A stretch of DNA of 62,774 nucleotides, filler included, from Choristocarpus tenellus KU-1152 (Eukaryota; Protista; Phaeophyceae), in assembly GCA_964200185.2 (NCBI GenBank). It is 11 parts of 11 records of this genome, joined end to end, with 100 filler letters (N's around TTAATTAATTAA, not from the genome) between each part and the next. Parts side by side here need not be neighbours in the genome. Positions count along the whole stretch, not along the records: positions 8,945 to 26,075 come from CAXNAD020000719.1; positions 26,176 to 28,804 come from CAXNAD020026140.1; positions 28,905 to 33,598 come from CAXNAD020013437.1; 8 more parts are not named here. One strand, 5' to 3'. The translations under genes and the position numbers were made by a program. The notes under the pieces are model-generated. The model was not told the DNA's origin. It did no database searches and worked only from the letters and a program-made list of their open reading frames with translations. Of the stretch, positions 16,701 through 31,900 are shown in pieces; position 1 is the first letter of the stretch; each line of letters opens with the position of its first letter.

Positions 16701-19700
16701 GAACCGCTGCAACTCTTTTCTTCTGGCATCAGCACACGACAAAGAAGTTAGAATATGGGACACTAGGAAGGTATGTCTCTAAGATTGTGACCATGGTGAT
16801 GCCTCCGTTGTGGTGATCACCTCTTGAGAAGGTGCCAATAAGCATCGATACATATACAGTGCACTATTAATCTACCCCCCTTTCAATGTGATGGGGGACT
16901 GACTCGATGAGGTGTGCAATAGTTGAATTTTTTAAGACATTTTTTTTGGACAGTAGAGCGATTCTGTGAGGGGTGACAACACATGCCCTGCTCACCTTTT
17001 GGAATGAACATTACAACACCGCATAGTTTGCTTGCTAGGTAGAGGCAAGAAGGGTTCAATGCAACTATGCTGCTCTACTTTGTATTGAGGAAGCCACTTA
17101 ATAAAGAGATTCCTTGCCGGTAGATGAGATTTAATCATGGAACATACTCTCATGCCCAGCACATCCTCGTTATGGCAGTAATACATAGAAACATGCTTTT
17201 ATGGCACTTGTTATTACCTGTGTACTGTGTAGGCTGTGTAGTACTCTTTGGCCTTATTTCATTCTGTCTGTCCACACTAATGATTTTGGATGCATTTTCT
17301 TCTATCGCTGTGCTCTTGATCTATTCAGTGTGCTTCTTCACTAGAGGGAAATGTGAGTGCAGGACAGGTGCTCACCTTTCCTGGTCACCTGCTACAAATA
17401 CGAAGCCTGGACTGGAGCCACAACAGGTGAGAATGAGCATGTGTCACAGTTTTTGTTGCCTGTAAATGGTGTTGTTGAAGTGACTGAGGGCGACTCCTTG
17501 GTCTCAAGTTGCTGATATGCTCATGGGATGTCAATGCCACTGGCGCCTTACACTTCATACTTTAAAATACTTTTTCTTTGGATACCTCTGTGTAATGTTG
17601 ACCTTGACCCCTGTCTGCTTTGAACCAAGTGAGTATGAGCTCCTAACTGGTAGTCAGGACAGGACAGCAAAGGTGTGGCGAGTTAATGCATCCATGCCAG
17701 ATGCATTAGGCACTGTGACGACTATGGCACAAGATGACCCCAGGGACCATGTGGGTGTTGGGAACGGAAGCAGTGCCTCATGGGGGATCTTGGCTAGTTG
17801 TGATTTGGAGCATCCAGTTCATAAAGTGCTCTACGCCCCCTTTGGAGAGGTGAGAGAGAGGTTGCAGGGCCATGTCAATTAGGTATGTCTTTCTCTTTCC
17901 GATGTGTTGTTCATTGCCTTTCATTCCCCAATGTGTTGCTATTTAATTCCCAAAATATTTTGTTACATGAAGCTATCTTGCTATTAATTTATATATTTAT
18001 TCTGTACAGCACAGTTAGGGAGACCCTCTTTCATTATCTGGCAACGTGCCTTGCTAAGTTGCTATAGAGGAGAATGGTGGTTTCCCTGGCCCATGCCTGT
18101 TTCAACCCATTCATGTGATTTTTTTAATTTATTGCTGTCAATGGTAGGCGGCGATCACCACATCAAGAGGTGTGGGTGAGAAGATTGATGCACCACAGAC
18201 ACTCCGCTTGTGGTCACTGGGTGATCGGCAGGGGCGTGTCTTTCATCAAGAACAGTCATACAAAGGACCTAAGACACGCATCATGGAGGCTTGCTGGAGG
18301 GTGGTGGATGATCGACATTTCCAACTGGCAAGGTGAACATTAGTTGTAAGAGCCACAGCTAAGGCAAGGTAAACATTGTTTATAAGAGTCACAGCTAAAG
18401 AGGTATGTATCTCACCCAAGAGTAAATACATTTTTTTATGTGAAACTGACCCACCTGATATGGCTGAGAGAATTGTATGCATCAGTCAGTACTGTATGTA
18501 CAGTACAAGTATTTAAAGAAAGCAGGGGTGGATTCTATTGTGGTTTGTGTTGTGTGTGCAGTGTATCTATGGAGGAGTTGTTAGCATGAATGGGGGCATG
18601 TCTCCAACCTTTTTGATCTCAAGCCAAGGTGTTGTGCTTCCTTTCCCCATCCTATTTTGCAGTCTGGATTTTAACCAACACCTACGGCTACACAAGATTC
18701 ATCCTGTACACTTGCATGCCTGTGGTCATGATTCTGGCATGATTGAGTCTGATATGTGGAATGATGTCCCCTCAACGGCAGGTGAGGTCAGCGTTGCTAT
18801 CAATATGATAGTACCTGGTCATTTTTTGAAGGAAATACCCTACCGTTGTACATGCTTGCATTGCTTCTCAATATTAATAATGATAATAATAATAATAATA
18901 ATAATTTGTCATATCATTGCTTTCTGAAGAGAGTGCAATTGATTTTCTACCTCAACACAACAGTGTGTAAGGTCTTGAAACAGCTTGCAAGCATGAATAT
19001 TCACCTACTGATATGCCAGTTACTTTACAGCTTGTCCGATTACATGGTGCTGAATTTGAAGAAATGCAGATTTCAATTTGTTCAATCTACTACTGCATTG
19101 AAGGAGGACTGAGCTTGTTTATAATCATTGCCCCTTTAAGCTTGCCCCTTTATGCAACTGGATGGTGCCATTTTTTGTGTACTATTGCCTGAGGGACTGT
19201 TTTCGTGGTGTTACTATCCTGTATAACCTTGGGAGGGCTTTCTCCACCAAATGTACCCATACTGAACAAGACCAGGTAGTGCTCTGTCATAGACATCTCA
19301 AAGTGATGCTCATGTGTTAACTGTTGACTACAGTTGTGAGTGCCCAGTACAATGGAAATATATATTTGTTGAGAGCTCAGGAGATGTTCAAGTTGCAGTG
19401 CAATCAAGTTCGAAACCACCCACGGGCCCTTCTTCTTGCATGGTACACATATTTTTGACAGGGTCTGACTCCTTCTCTAACTCTAACAAGTTGAGTTTGG
19501 ACTTGATGCGAACTGAGTTACTCCCTGCTGTGAGCATGTTCCACACTAGGTCGGGAGAGTCTGCCAGTGGTGCTGCTGCCATTCCTATCCTTCTCAAGGA
19601 GTTTTTGGAGGTATGTTGAAAAGTGGTGGATTGGTTGAAGCTCAATGTGAAGATGTTTTTATTTGTTTTATTTTATACATTATGCATTTGTAAACTGTTC

Positions 19701-22700
19701 TAACTCTCTCGAGTAGTGTTACACAGCACACTATTACTATCACTATCACTATTACTATCACTATCACTATTACTATCACTATTACTATCACTATTACTAT
19801 CACTATCACTATTACTATCACTATCACTATATCACTATCACTATCACTATCACTATTACTATTACTATCACTATCACTATTACTATCACTATCACTATTA
19901 CTATCACTATCACTATTACTATCACTATTACTATCACTATCACTATTACTATATCAATGGTTGTGTCTGAATAAGATTAGGAATGTGATTGTGGTAAGAT
20001 TTGAAATGGTTTCAGCGTTTTATTGTACATTGCACTGTAAATATAAAATGCTAGGAGATATGTTAATAGGTACCCTTTGCCAACTGCCAAGGAGGGATTT
20101 GAGAAAATGAAAATGTTTGCAAAGTTTGAGGGTACTTGGAATTTTCTTTTCCATCTTGCTTTGACATTGGTGTTGAGAGAGGTCTTTTCACCCTGTGGTA
20201 GGTTCAGTTGGCTCTAACTCCACATTTTGTAGCTTCTATGAAAGATGTGTCATATTGATGACATCTCCAAGGAAGTGGAGGCCTCTGTACCTGTTTTTTG
20301 ATGTTGGTCTGTGCATAAATACACTTGGGTACTTTAAAGGGTACTTTAAAGGGTAGTGTTTTGAATCTGAAGGATGCATTGGAGGCATGATACACCCATG
20401 AAGGCACATCTAGGACGTCTGATTTTATTACTCTACAGAAGCAGAGAGGATGACACCACCCCTTCCTTGCTCACATACATTAGCGACCCTTCCTTTCCCT
20501 GGGGGCCTGCAGATTCACTTAACATAGATGGCATGCAGTAGTTGGCTGATGCAAAAATTTGAATGCATCTTAGCTGTGTGCAATGATGTGCTGTGTGATT
20601 GACAGGTGGAAAAACTTGCACGGAGTGGAAAGCTGGGGGATGTGCGGGATGTGCAAGTGGACTTTGAAAAAAGAATTTTTGTTGTGATTCTTCAAGAGAG
20701 TCTGCAAGGCACTCTGGACCAGAGTCAGGGAGGATTGAATGCACTTCAGATTGGGGAGAAGAGTGGAGCGTTGGAAGGGGAAGGAGTCCAAGGTGTCAGA
20801 GGAGCATCCCTTGATAGCGGGGTGGACGTCAAAAAGGGCGAAGTTGTTGCTAGACTACAAGTGGAGGTCACTTTTTCACCCAGGTGTACAAACTAACCCT
20901 AAAACCATTAACAGTGACAATAACAATAACAATAACAATACCAATAGCAAGGGGGTGGGATGTATTTTGGAGTGCAATTAGGTAATTGATGAATATGTTT
21001 TCAAATAATATGTTTTCAAATTCAAAAGTGGCATATTGTAGCGGCATGTTGAGGTTTAAATGATGCTGGCCATGACTATCTGTAGCTGAATTTTTGACCA
21101 ATTTAATTTCATTCATGTTGTCAGTGGTGGAGTTTAGGAGTGTGGTGGTTGAATGTGTGTGTTTGACCTTGTACACCTCAATTTTTTGTCATAGGTTGGA
21201 CTATTATTTTTTCAAAAGCATGTATCCTAGAATGCAAACCTGGATATGCTTGATTGTTGATCTTTACAATAGTAATAGTGTGTACACTAATGCAACCCAA
21301 GGATGCTGTCTTCCATCCATTGGGGAATGTGAATGTGCTCAAGGTGATCATTGCTATTGATGGGGTGAAAGGATCCTTTTGGTTTAGGGTGGTTGACTTG
21401 GGATGGAAAATGATACCTTACTTCAACTTGAGAGTATTTCTTGTATACTTGTGAGTAACAGTGTTTGAGGTTTGGGTTGGTTATATCACATAAAAATACT
21501 ATTGAGAGTACGTTAACTGAGTGTCCTTCTACTTTGATTTCTTGGTTTTAGTAGTATGAGTGGATTTTGGAGTGCCTAGTCATTACAACAAATTGTGTAT
21601 ATATTTTTTGAAGACCTTGCTTGTTGTGTTGTGATGTGGCTTGCATGTGTGTATTACAACTATTGTATTGCAACTATGGAGTTAAAAAAAAAGATTACTT
21701 TCAAGTACTTGGAAATATATGGTGAAGCAGACTTTATTGCTGTTATTTGAATTTGAGTTGCCCTGTCAATGTGAATGTGAATGTGAATGTGAATGTTATT
21801 ATCAATGTCAATATCAATATCAATATAAATATCAATGTCAATATCAATATCAATATCAATGTCAATGTCAATGTACAATGTCAATGTCGATATCAATATC
21901 AATATCAATATCAATGTCAATATCAATATCAATATCAGTGTCAGTGTCAATGTCAATGTCAATGTCAATGTCAATGTCAATGTCAATGTCACTAGTCTCC
22001 CTTCCCTCTCTCTCCCACAATGCACTGCAGGTACCCCCAGAGTGAACCCCCCACTTTTTTCCTCTCTTCAGTTAATGAGTTGGGTGAGCCTGTACTTGCT
22101 GAAAACTCTAATGATGAGGTAAGGGGATAAGCACTCTCGACTCACACTGTTGACAGCCTGAAATGTGGAATGTGAAATGTGAAATTTGAAAGTTTTATTA
22201 GCAAAGAACCGGTTCCAACTTACTGAGAATGATACATTTAACATCTAACATTTGACAGTTGGCATTTGACTCACCCTCATGCGGAATTACATTAACTACA
22301 GCACAGCTGCGATAGATCATTCCTATCCCAAATTTAATTTTTTGGACTGGGCATGTTGTATGTGAACACCTTTGATGAATCTTTTGCTGCACTGCTGATT
22401 CATTGAATACTTGAAGGAGGCAAAGGGTCTCTTGGATGCAGCAGTGATTGCCCGCTTGAGATCAGCTGTTGAAATTGCTGCAAGGTGGAGACTAAAGCAG
22501 TATCAACATTGCCTAGAAGGGTGCCTCTTCACACTCAAGGAAGGCCTTACCAAGTGTCTTAGGTAATTAATATCATGTCTGTATGTGCTGACAATTGAAT
22601 GCTATTATTTTTGTTGTATTAACAGTTTTCTAGGTGGGTTTGCTACACACTTCATACTTGTGAGTCCACAGACCAATGATAAGGTACTGTTCAATGTAAA

Positions 22701-23635
22701 GACATTCGATTGGACTATACTAACTATAGAATGACAACTATCATGGGCATAGGCTTGGGTCGAACCCACATAGTCCCTTAATCCTTTGTGTCCCATAGTT
22801 TTGATGCATCACCTGAGTAATCTAATGTGGTTCTAAACTCTGCCACTACTTTGTGAAAGGGGAGGCAGCTTGGATCAACCTGGTCTATCTGGTTCAACTG
22901 GGCAAGGTTCTGACAAACTACAGGCAAGTGTCATCTTGACTGGCCTGCCCTGCTGCAACTTAAACTTTTATCCCTGAAGACTACAATGTTTTTGTCAAAA
23001 AGGAACCATACTTCAGTTATTATTGCATAATACAATACTGGTACTAATTCTAATAGCACAGTAGTTATCAACATATTTATAGTTTAATAATTTATGTTTT
23101 GGTGCCATAAAATAGGATAAACATACCATATATTTTTTTGATTGATTGCCCTTGCTGTTATGACTGATAAATCTTCCTTGCATGTACCTTGTATGCACCT
23201 TATATGTACCTTGTACAATGTACACCATGTACTTCTCTATGCTTACTGCAAAAATCCTTGACATAGTAGCCTACTATGGTCTGCATCTGATTTTGTTCTG
23301 CTCTTTTCATGTTTTTGTCTCTTGATGTCAACCCTTGGCCCTTGGTGGAATAGTTCTCTCTTGATGGAGAGGGCGGACAGGGGATCCATTCAGATACTAG
23401 TAAGGATTGGGACTTGCTCAGTGGTGACCCTTTGATTGTATCCACTTCAACTGGAGGATCGTCTCGAGGTAAAACATCACGAGCAGGTCTACCATGCCCA
23501 CCTCTCTTTGGAGCATCTTTTGCTCCCGATGGTACACTGGTGATATTTTCATCCAATGAACAGATTCTACAGGCCTGGACAGAGGGTGTGGTGAGGACTT
23601 TGCCTGGTAGGAGACGGCAATCAAGACTCCAGAAG
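13764..23635 (+). CDS. WDR59: WDR59/Sea3 (GATOR2 subunit, WD40 + RWD), 3'-partial. Exons approx 13764-13820, 13981-14061, 14360-14500, 14731-14853, 16651-16770, 17329-17426, 17630-17849, 18148-18331, 18663-18781, 19462-19610, 20606-20883, 22031-22118, 22417-22562, 22860-22923, 23354-23635
   Basis: WD40 repeats (HSRAITYLSWSP..INLWDTR, GATQVEWNR..LLASAHDKEVRIWDTRK, GHLLQIRSLDWS, LLTGSQDRTAKVW), RWD motif YPQSEPP, HCLEGCL, and PCPPLFGASFAPDGTLVIF, all in WDR59 order. Some exon boundaries are approximate. Confidence 0.85.
19728..19952. repeat. (CACTAT/TACTAT)n hexamer microsatellite in a WDR59 intron
   Basis: Directly visible. Confidence 0.97.
21764..21991. repeat. (GTCAAT/ATCAAT/GTGAAT)n hexamer microsatellite in a WDR59 intron
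   Basis: Directly visible. Confidence 0.97.
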
Positions 23636-23904
23636 GTGAGGGTAAGAAGCAATGACAAGAAGAGGTACCTGTACCTTGCCCTTCCCTTATTTGAACAAGA
23701 GTCGCTTCTACCAAGGTTTTTCACTGAGCTGACAAATGAAAATGGTTCCGTCTGGCTGTTGGACCAGTCCCACAATTGTCTGACATGACCTTGTCTATGT
23801 CCACTAGGTATTGTATGGATACATGTCTGACAGCCAGAATGGGTCTAACATTGTCGAACATGTCTGGACCATGTCGACTAGGTATTGTACTGGTACATGT
23901 TGGC

Positions 23905-23985
23905 TGGACTATGTCTAACATCCTCTAATGTCTGGACTATGTCTAACATCCTCTAATGTCTGGACTATGTCTAACATCCTCTAAT
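23905..23985. repeat. 28-nt minisatellite x3 (tggactatgtctaacatcctctaatgtc)
   Basis: Units start at 23905, 23933 and 23961, with degenerate relatives in the flanks. Confidence 0.93.
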
Positions 23986-25229
23986 ATGTCCAGTTGGCAT
24001 TGTACTGTGGTCCTTGTCTGCTGGCCAGACCGGCCTAACATTGTCTAACATTTGTCTATCATGTGTAGTATGGTTGTATGTGTTGTATGTGTTGTATATG
24101 TTGTATCAGTACAGTTTACGGGTCAAATAGGTCTGTCTACTCCTGAACCAGTCTGACTCATACATACAGACCTGTCCGATTTGTTTGGCTACTTCATGTG
24201 AAGAGTGTTGAAATTGAAAGGAACCTAGTAGGAATCATAGCACCGATTATAGTAAAAACCTCTTCAAAAATTCTTCAACTCAATGATTTTGAGGTAAAAT
24301 AAATATTAACACCGACCAGATAGTGAGAAATAAATAGACATCGTGAGGTATGCCATACAAATATACAAATATGTAAATTAATAAATGCGTAGACATAAGC
24401 AGACAATGGTATATATTCAGTACTCCATCCTGCCATTATTATTATTTTATTTTATTAACACAGTCATACCGTTCTGCTGACCCTAACATTAATTATGCCC
24501 TACGACATTTTATGGATGTATCAGGGGAAAGAAGTATGTATCTTGTACTGTACTAGGTATGTTATAAACGAACTTTTTTGTTAAAATAAAAAGCTTTTTA
24601 TATTTTACTCTCAACTTTTTCCTTTTCGCAACATGTTTTTTTGGTTCTATTATGACACCATTGTAGTAACAAATGTAGTAGACATTCAACAGTCTGTTGA
24701 TTTCTAGGAAATGTGATGTTATAAATCTTGTTTGTGTGGATCTTTTTCAGTTGGGAATGGTTGGACAAGTTGAAGTTTGCAACAAATATCGTCCGTCATT
24801 GGTCAATTTTGCTATATGGTTGGGAGGATAAATATTTCTACAAAGGAATATTGAAACATATGTAAGATGATTTATCTCTCTATATATTGGCTTTTCCAGT
24901 GTTGGTGTAACAAAAGCAGAAAAGGGAGGGTATTCTGAAAAGTTGATTTTTGTCAGAAAATTATATTATTAGTTGCGAAATTATCAGAAAAGCAATTTTT
25001 GAATAAAAATACATTAGAACTGAAAAAGACAGTTTTTAAAGTCCCTACACTTATGATATTACTTCCGCCTTTCAGAATTAAATGGAACATAACGTTTACA
25101 GTCACAATGAAGGTAAATAGTCTTTTCACATGTTCATATTTCATGGGTGTATTGTACAGACACTAAAAGGTTGCCCACAAAAATCTCAACCAAAATTGAG
25201 CAGACTACACCTATCTCTTTGCCCCTGAA

Positions 25230-26075
25230 GACATCCATAACTCCATTACAGCACAGTATCTCACCACATCCCATGGGGTATTCGCGGGGAGGTTGCTCGC
25301 CTTCTCAGCCTTTACCTTGCTAAGATGGAGATTTTTGAAGATGTCAACCTTGGACCCCAGTACTTCACTGTGCACTGTGAAGAGACTCTACCAGATGCAT
25401 TCTATTGTCTCCCAGGGGTAGACATCAAATACCTCCATTGTGGCCTCCACCAGCTCCTCCATGTTGATCACTCCCACATTTTCCTTAAGTTGCTGGATGG
25501 AATGAAAGAATATCAGGTTGTTGATGTTGAGGTCAGGTTAGTTGTCTGGCTGTCTCTATGACAATGTTGTCCCCTGTTGCCTCCACGATTGTCTCCATGA
25601 TACCCCCCTTGGTATGTGTCGCTTTGCCCTGTGTTGCTGCATGAAGATGGTGTCCTTCCAGCCTAGGCATGCGGACCTTGATTGCTGGGGTAATAACATC
25701 CTTGATCATGAACTTCTTATACCTCTCCCTGTCCACCGTGGCTGATACAAGCACCTTGGTGCCCTTGGGGAGGTGTTTGCTGGTGCACTGAGCAGCCTTA
25801 GTGTCCACGGTTGACAAGATTCCAACTTTCCCATCAAACCACACCTTGTTGGAGAGCATCGTAGGGCAGGCCACGGCTGCAAGGTACATCACCTTCGTAT
25901 TTTAACAATTATTCTCTGCCTGTGGTGGGTTGGGGGAGTCCTCAGTGGGGTGTATATACACCTTGCCCATCTTTGAGGATGTAAAACCACTTCTCATCTA
26001 CATACACCCAGTCATATAGATCATCCAGTAATACCCCACTTACCCCCCTCCTGTGCGTGTGACTGATGACAAAAC
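25230..26075 (-). mobile_element. Decayed Tc1/mariner (plant/oomycete DD39D-like) transposase
   Basis: VYVDEKWFY, KVMYLAAVACP, WFDGKVGI, PKGT, PAIK, QPDN*PDLNI. Multiple stops and frameshifts, cut at the contig end. Confidence 0.9.
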
Positions 26076-26556
26076 NNNNNNNNNNNNNNNNNNNNNNNNN
26101 NNNNNNNNNNNNNNNNNNNTTAATTAATTAANNNNNNNNNNNNNNNNNNNNNNNNNNNNNNNNNNNNNNNNNNNNGTTTAAAAAAGGAAAGATCGGAAAA
26201 AAAAAAAAAAAAAAAAAAAATAGCAGGAAGAGGTTGAAGTGGTGGGGGGGGGGGGGGGGGGGGGGGGCAACTTCAAGGCAAAATGGAAGTGAACACTACA
26301 TTACAGTTAGAAGACATGAGGGATGCAGTAGGGGGGAATATTCGAGGTGGAGGGGGACACTGCATTTTTTGTTCTTTTTTTTTTTTTTTTTAACACACAC
26401 ATCTGGTCTCAGGTATTGAAAAACGAAACAAAAAGGGTATTTTAAGAATAAAAAAGATATCTACTACTACTGTGACAGGAAAGAGGAACAGACATGGTAC
26501 GGTGGGATTTTTCCTCCTTTTTTTTGCATTAAAAAAATATGTAATACTTCATGAAG

Positions 26557-28090
<1,534 letters not shown>

Positions 28091-28904
28091 CTGCAAATTC
28101 ATCATTCACCGTCACACATGTCCCATGTCACATTAAAAAAAAAGAAAAAGCATCACCCACCCCGGGAAATAGAGAGAGGAGTCAAAAGGAAGTGATAGGG
28201 AGGTACATACATACATAGCAGGGTTGCGTTTCAACTTTTGATTTCAAGGATGCTGAAAAATGTATGTGCAAAATTGAACTCTTTTTTTTTCTTACTTACA
28301 CACACGTGTGCGTGTATAGGATAAATATATATATATATATATATATTTGGAATTGTTGTCGGAAAAGATAAAAAGAATGAAGAAACAATAATAATAATAA
28401 TAATAAGAAGAAGAAGAAGAAGAAGAATAGCTCTCGAGTCACTAACTTTACAACTTCGTCCATAGAAAAACGTGGGTGAATTGCAACACATCGAAAAAGA
28501 AAAAAAAGAGAGAGGCCAAAACTGGCCAAATCCCACAGTTGATCAGAAAATCTGGGGCACTTCTTGATTACCTCGGCTCAGAGCAAACTACTACAGTTGA
28601 TAAACGTATCCTGCTTCTTGCAATTAGTTTCACGTGTTAAAATATATACATACATATAAATAGAGAGAGAGAGTGCCGTGTCTCATACCAAGTAGTGCAG
28701 AGTAAAACTCTTTGATTGGATTAATATAACCTGCTCTCTTCGAATAGTACACATGAGAAAAAGAAATGGATGTATAAATGTGCACAGGGTCAAAGTATCT
28801 GGGGNNNNNNNNNNNNNNNNNNNNNNNNNNNNNNNNNNNNNNNNNNNNTTAATTAATTAANNNNNNNNNNNNNNNNNNNNNNNNNNNNNNNNNNNNNNNN
28901 NNNN

Positions 28905-31900
28905 GGTGGAGACTTTGTCTGGGACAGGGGGAGGGGTGGGTCCTGGGGCTGTGGGTGGGGTGTCTGAGGACTGCACAGAGCTTGTGCTTTGTGCCCTCAG
29001 GTTCTCAGTAACTGTTCTGTCCAATTGTGTGAACAAACATGTCTTCAACTCCTCTGAGGTGAGTGGCTACAATACGACTCAATTTTTTTTTTCTCTCTAT
29101 TTGGGATTCATAAATTGATTTGGAGGGGGATGTTAGAGCATGCAGCGAGTGCTTTGGATTGTAGACATCTCACCAAGATGCTGTAGTTTGTGCAGATCCT
29201 AATCTCTGATACGTTCTTGCCATGTGACACTCTTTTGATCCCTGCACTTGGTTTTCTGTCAGCAAAGAAAACATAGAATTCTCTTGTTAAAAGCATGGGC
29301 AAAAAATACTAATTCTTTTCTTTTTTCTCTGCAATATCCCTGTTTTATTTTACCAATATATTTTTTCTGTGTTCAGTTCATTCCTAAATCACAGGTGTCG
29401 CCAGTTGCTCCCTTTCTTCTCAAGGAATGTTTTGGTTTGTACTGATATGTGGCATCTGCACAATTCTTGTATGGTAGCCTTTTGTCCTTCATACCTTGCA
29501 CATTATTAACCACTTTTGTCCAGCTGACAATCAACCTCGAAGCATGTGAGTAACACTGGATTGTGCTCCCCCAGTAAGTTACATAGAGGAAACATGTTTT
29601 TCTCATCTTCACCCCCCCCCCTGGTCTGATATAGACCCTTCTCCTTACCCCTAACTGTGTTGCCTTTGTCTCAACCTCTGCAATATCAGCATGTTCTTGC
29701 TTTGCTTGCTGCACGAGATGACGATGTGGCAGAGGCTGCACTACGCTGCCTGACACTGCTGTCTATGCCACCTCAGCTCCACCGATTACAGCAGGTGCCA
29801 AGTGATAAGAAGAATATGGGGTGTGGGAAAATACGTTGCAGGGTGAATGGATACTATGGGTTCAATATTACAACTATACTCTCCTGTTGGTATATTCAGT
29901 AGTATTTATGCTACTCTCAGGAAAAGTGACATAAGAAATTGTTTTCACTTTCCTATTTCCCACTGTGAGCACTGACATCTGTTAGAGGGTGTAGGTAATT
30001 TGTAAATGTTGTTGTATCGTGATCCTTATTGTTGGGGAGAGAGAGACACACTCTGGATAGCTAAACTTACAGTTGCTCTTAGATGTACCACCAATGTCGG
30101 AATTTAGTCTATGATAGGTTGTCCTCTAATCAGCTTGCTTTGCTCCACAGTACAATACCATTGTGTTAAGTTATGTTTGTCTAGAGACCTTGACATTTAC
30201 TGATACTAATGTCGGAATTTAGTCTATGATAGGTTGTCCTCTAATCAGCTTGCTTTGCTCCAAAGTACAATACCATTGTGTTAAGTTATGTTTGTCTAGA
30301 GACCTTGACTTTACTGATACTGTGTAGCATCTTGTAACAGCAGTGGCTGCTTCTATGTTCACTGTCACGCTACTGCTTCCATACCATAGAATGTTGTCAA
30401 AATGCCACCCTCCACGAAGGTGAATGGTAACTCCTGACATTTCGCCTTGACAAGAACATTTTAGAAACACTTCAAATAGGTCAGTGTATGTCTATGATCT
30501 CCAACATCCTTTGTTCAGACCACGATCTGCATTGTGTAGTTCCTTGAAGGGTTGTTATCCTACAAACTTTTGGGTACGTGCACCAGTTGAGTCTTAATCC
30601 CTGTACTCCGGTGTAAGTTCAGAGATAGTACCTTTGATCTAAGTTTTGAAAAATTCTCACCAAGTATGTGAATCTACTTATTTTAGGGATAACTCTGGCG
30701 AAGATGTCTTTTATGGTCTTGCTCTCATCCATACGCATTTCTGAGAGTTGGTTCGTTAGCTCCATTGTAAGTGTATGTAATCTGCAATTATCCTGGAGAG
30801 CCTCGACTGCTCCCATGGTGTTTACATGTTACGTCTGCGTGTGATGAATTTTTCTCAGCGAGATGGACCCCCCCCCCACTCAGTTGATAGTGAGAGTTGA
30901 ATTGTTTCTTGTTGGGTGTGTCCCACTCCAGTTGGTGTTCACCTATGCCCTTGGCTTGCTACGGTTTAGGGCGAACATTTCCAGTCATTTCCAGTCCCTT
31001 GGACATAAGAACAAGATCAAATTTCTTGTGAAGTCTGGCATAGTTTGCTTTTATCTAGGTGTCTCTTGTATCGCCCGTGATGACACTGGTGACTTTTACC
31101 ATATACCCTCATGATGTGTACCTTCTTGGGGTGGGGTATAACCCTTTATGGTCCTCTTATTTTTTTTTAGTTCACTTTCTCCGCATTCACCCAAATCTTC
31201 TTGTAGTAAACTAAAGATGTGTGTAATGTTGATTGGTGTGTTTCTTGCTGGTGGTGCTCAGGAGAGTGGTCCATTTCAGAAAAATTAACACTAAGACCAG
31301 CACTGACCCATGTTTGAGGTTACATATAATTTGTAAGAGCTTGCTACATCTTTGTCTGCATTGTGCTGATAAAGAGAGAGAGAGAGAGAGTGCACATTGG
31401 ATAGCTGTTACAAAAAGTGCATTTACTTACAGATGCGCTGTCAGCATAGGCAACAAGTCCATGAGAGGTTACTGTCATCCAATGAGCTTACTCTACGCCA
31501 TAGTACAATACTATTGTGTCAAGTTACATTAGTCGAGAGAACTTGTAGTATACTCATACTCTTTGTAGTACTTTAGAACTACAGTGGCTGTCCCTGTGTT
31601 CACTCGTACTTTGAACATTTGAATAGTTTTGACAACTACATCCCCTGTGCTTTGACTCTTGTAAATGAGGATCTTTTTTTGTTCAAAATGCTTCAAATTT
31701 CTTCTGGGTAATCGAAATCGTCAACATGAACCATGATTGAGGGAGTAGTGATGGTCCCTTAGCCCGCTAATGCTGCCTATATATATGTATATTGGGTTTT
31801 GGTATGACTCTCCCCACTCCCCAAGTCCCCACAAGGTATATTGAATAAATCCCTTCTGTTCCATTAGGACATTTTGATGTAACATGCTGGGATCTTTGAG

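Noticed and set aside
19642-22122. ORFs with poly-VI, YH, NI or QC tracts
   Set aside because: They are translations of intronic microsatellites.
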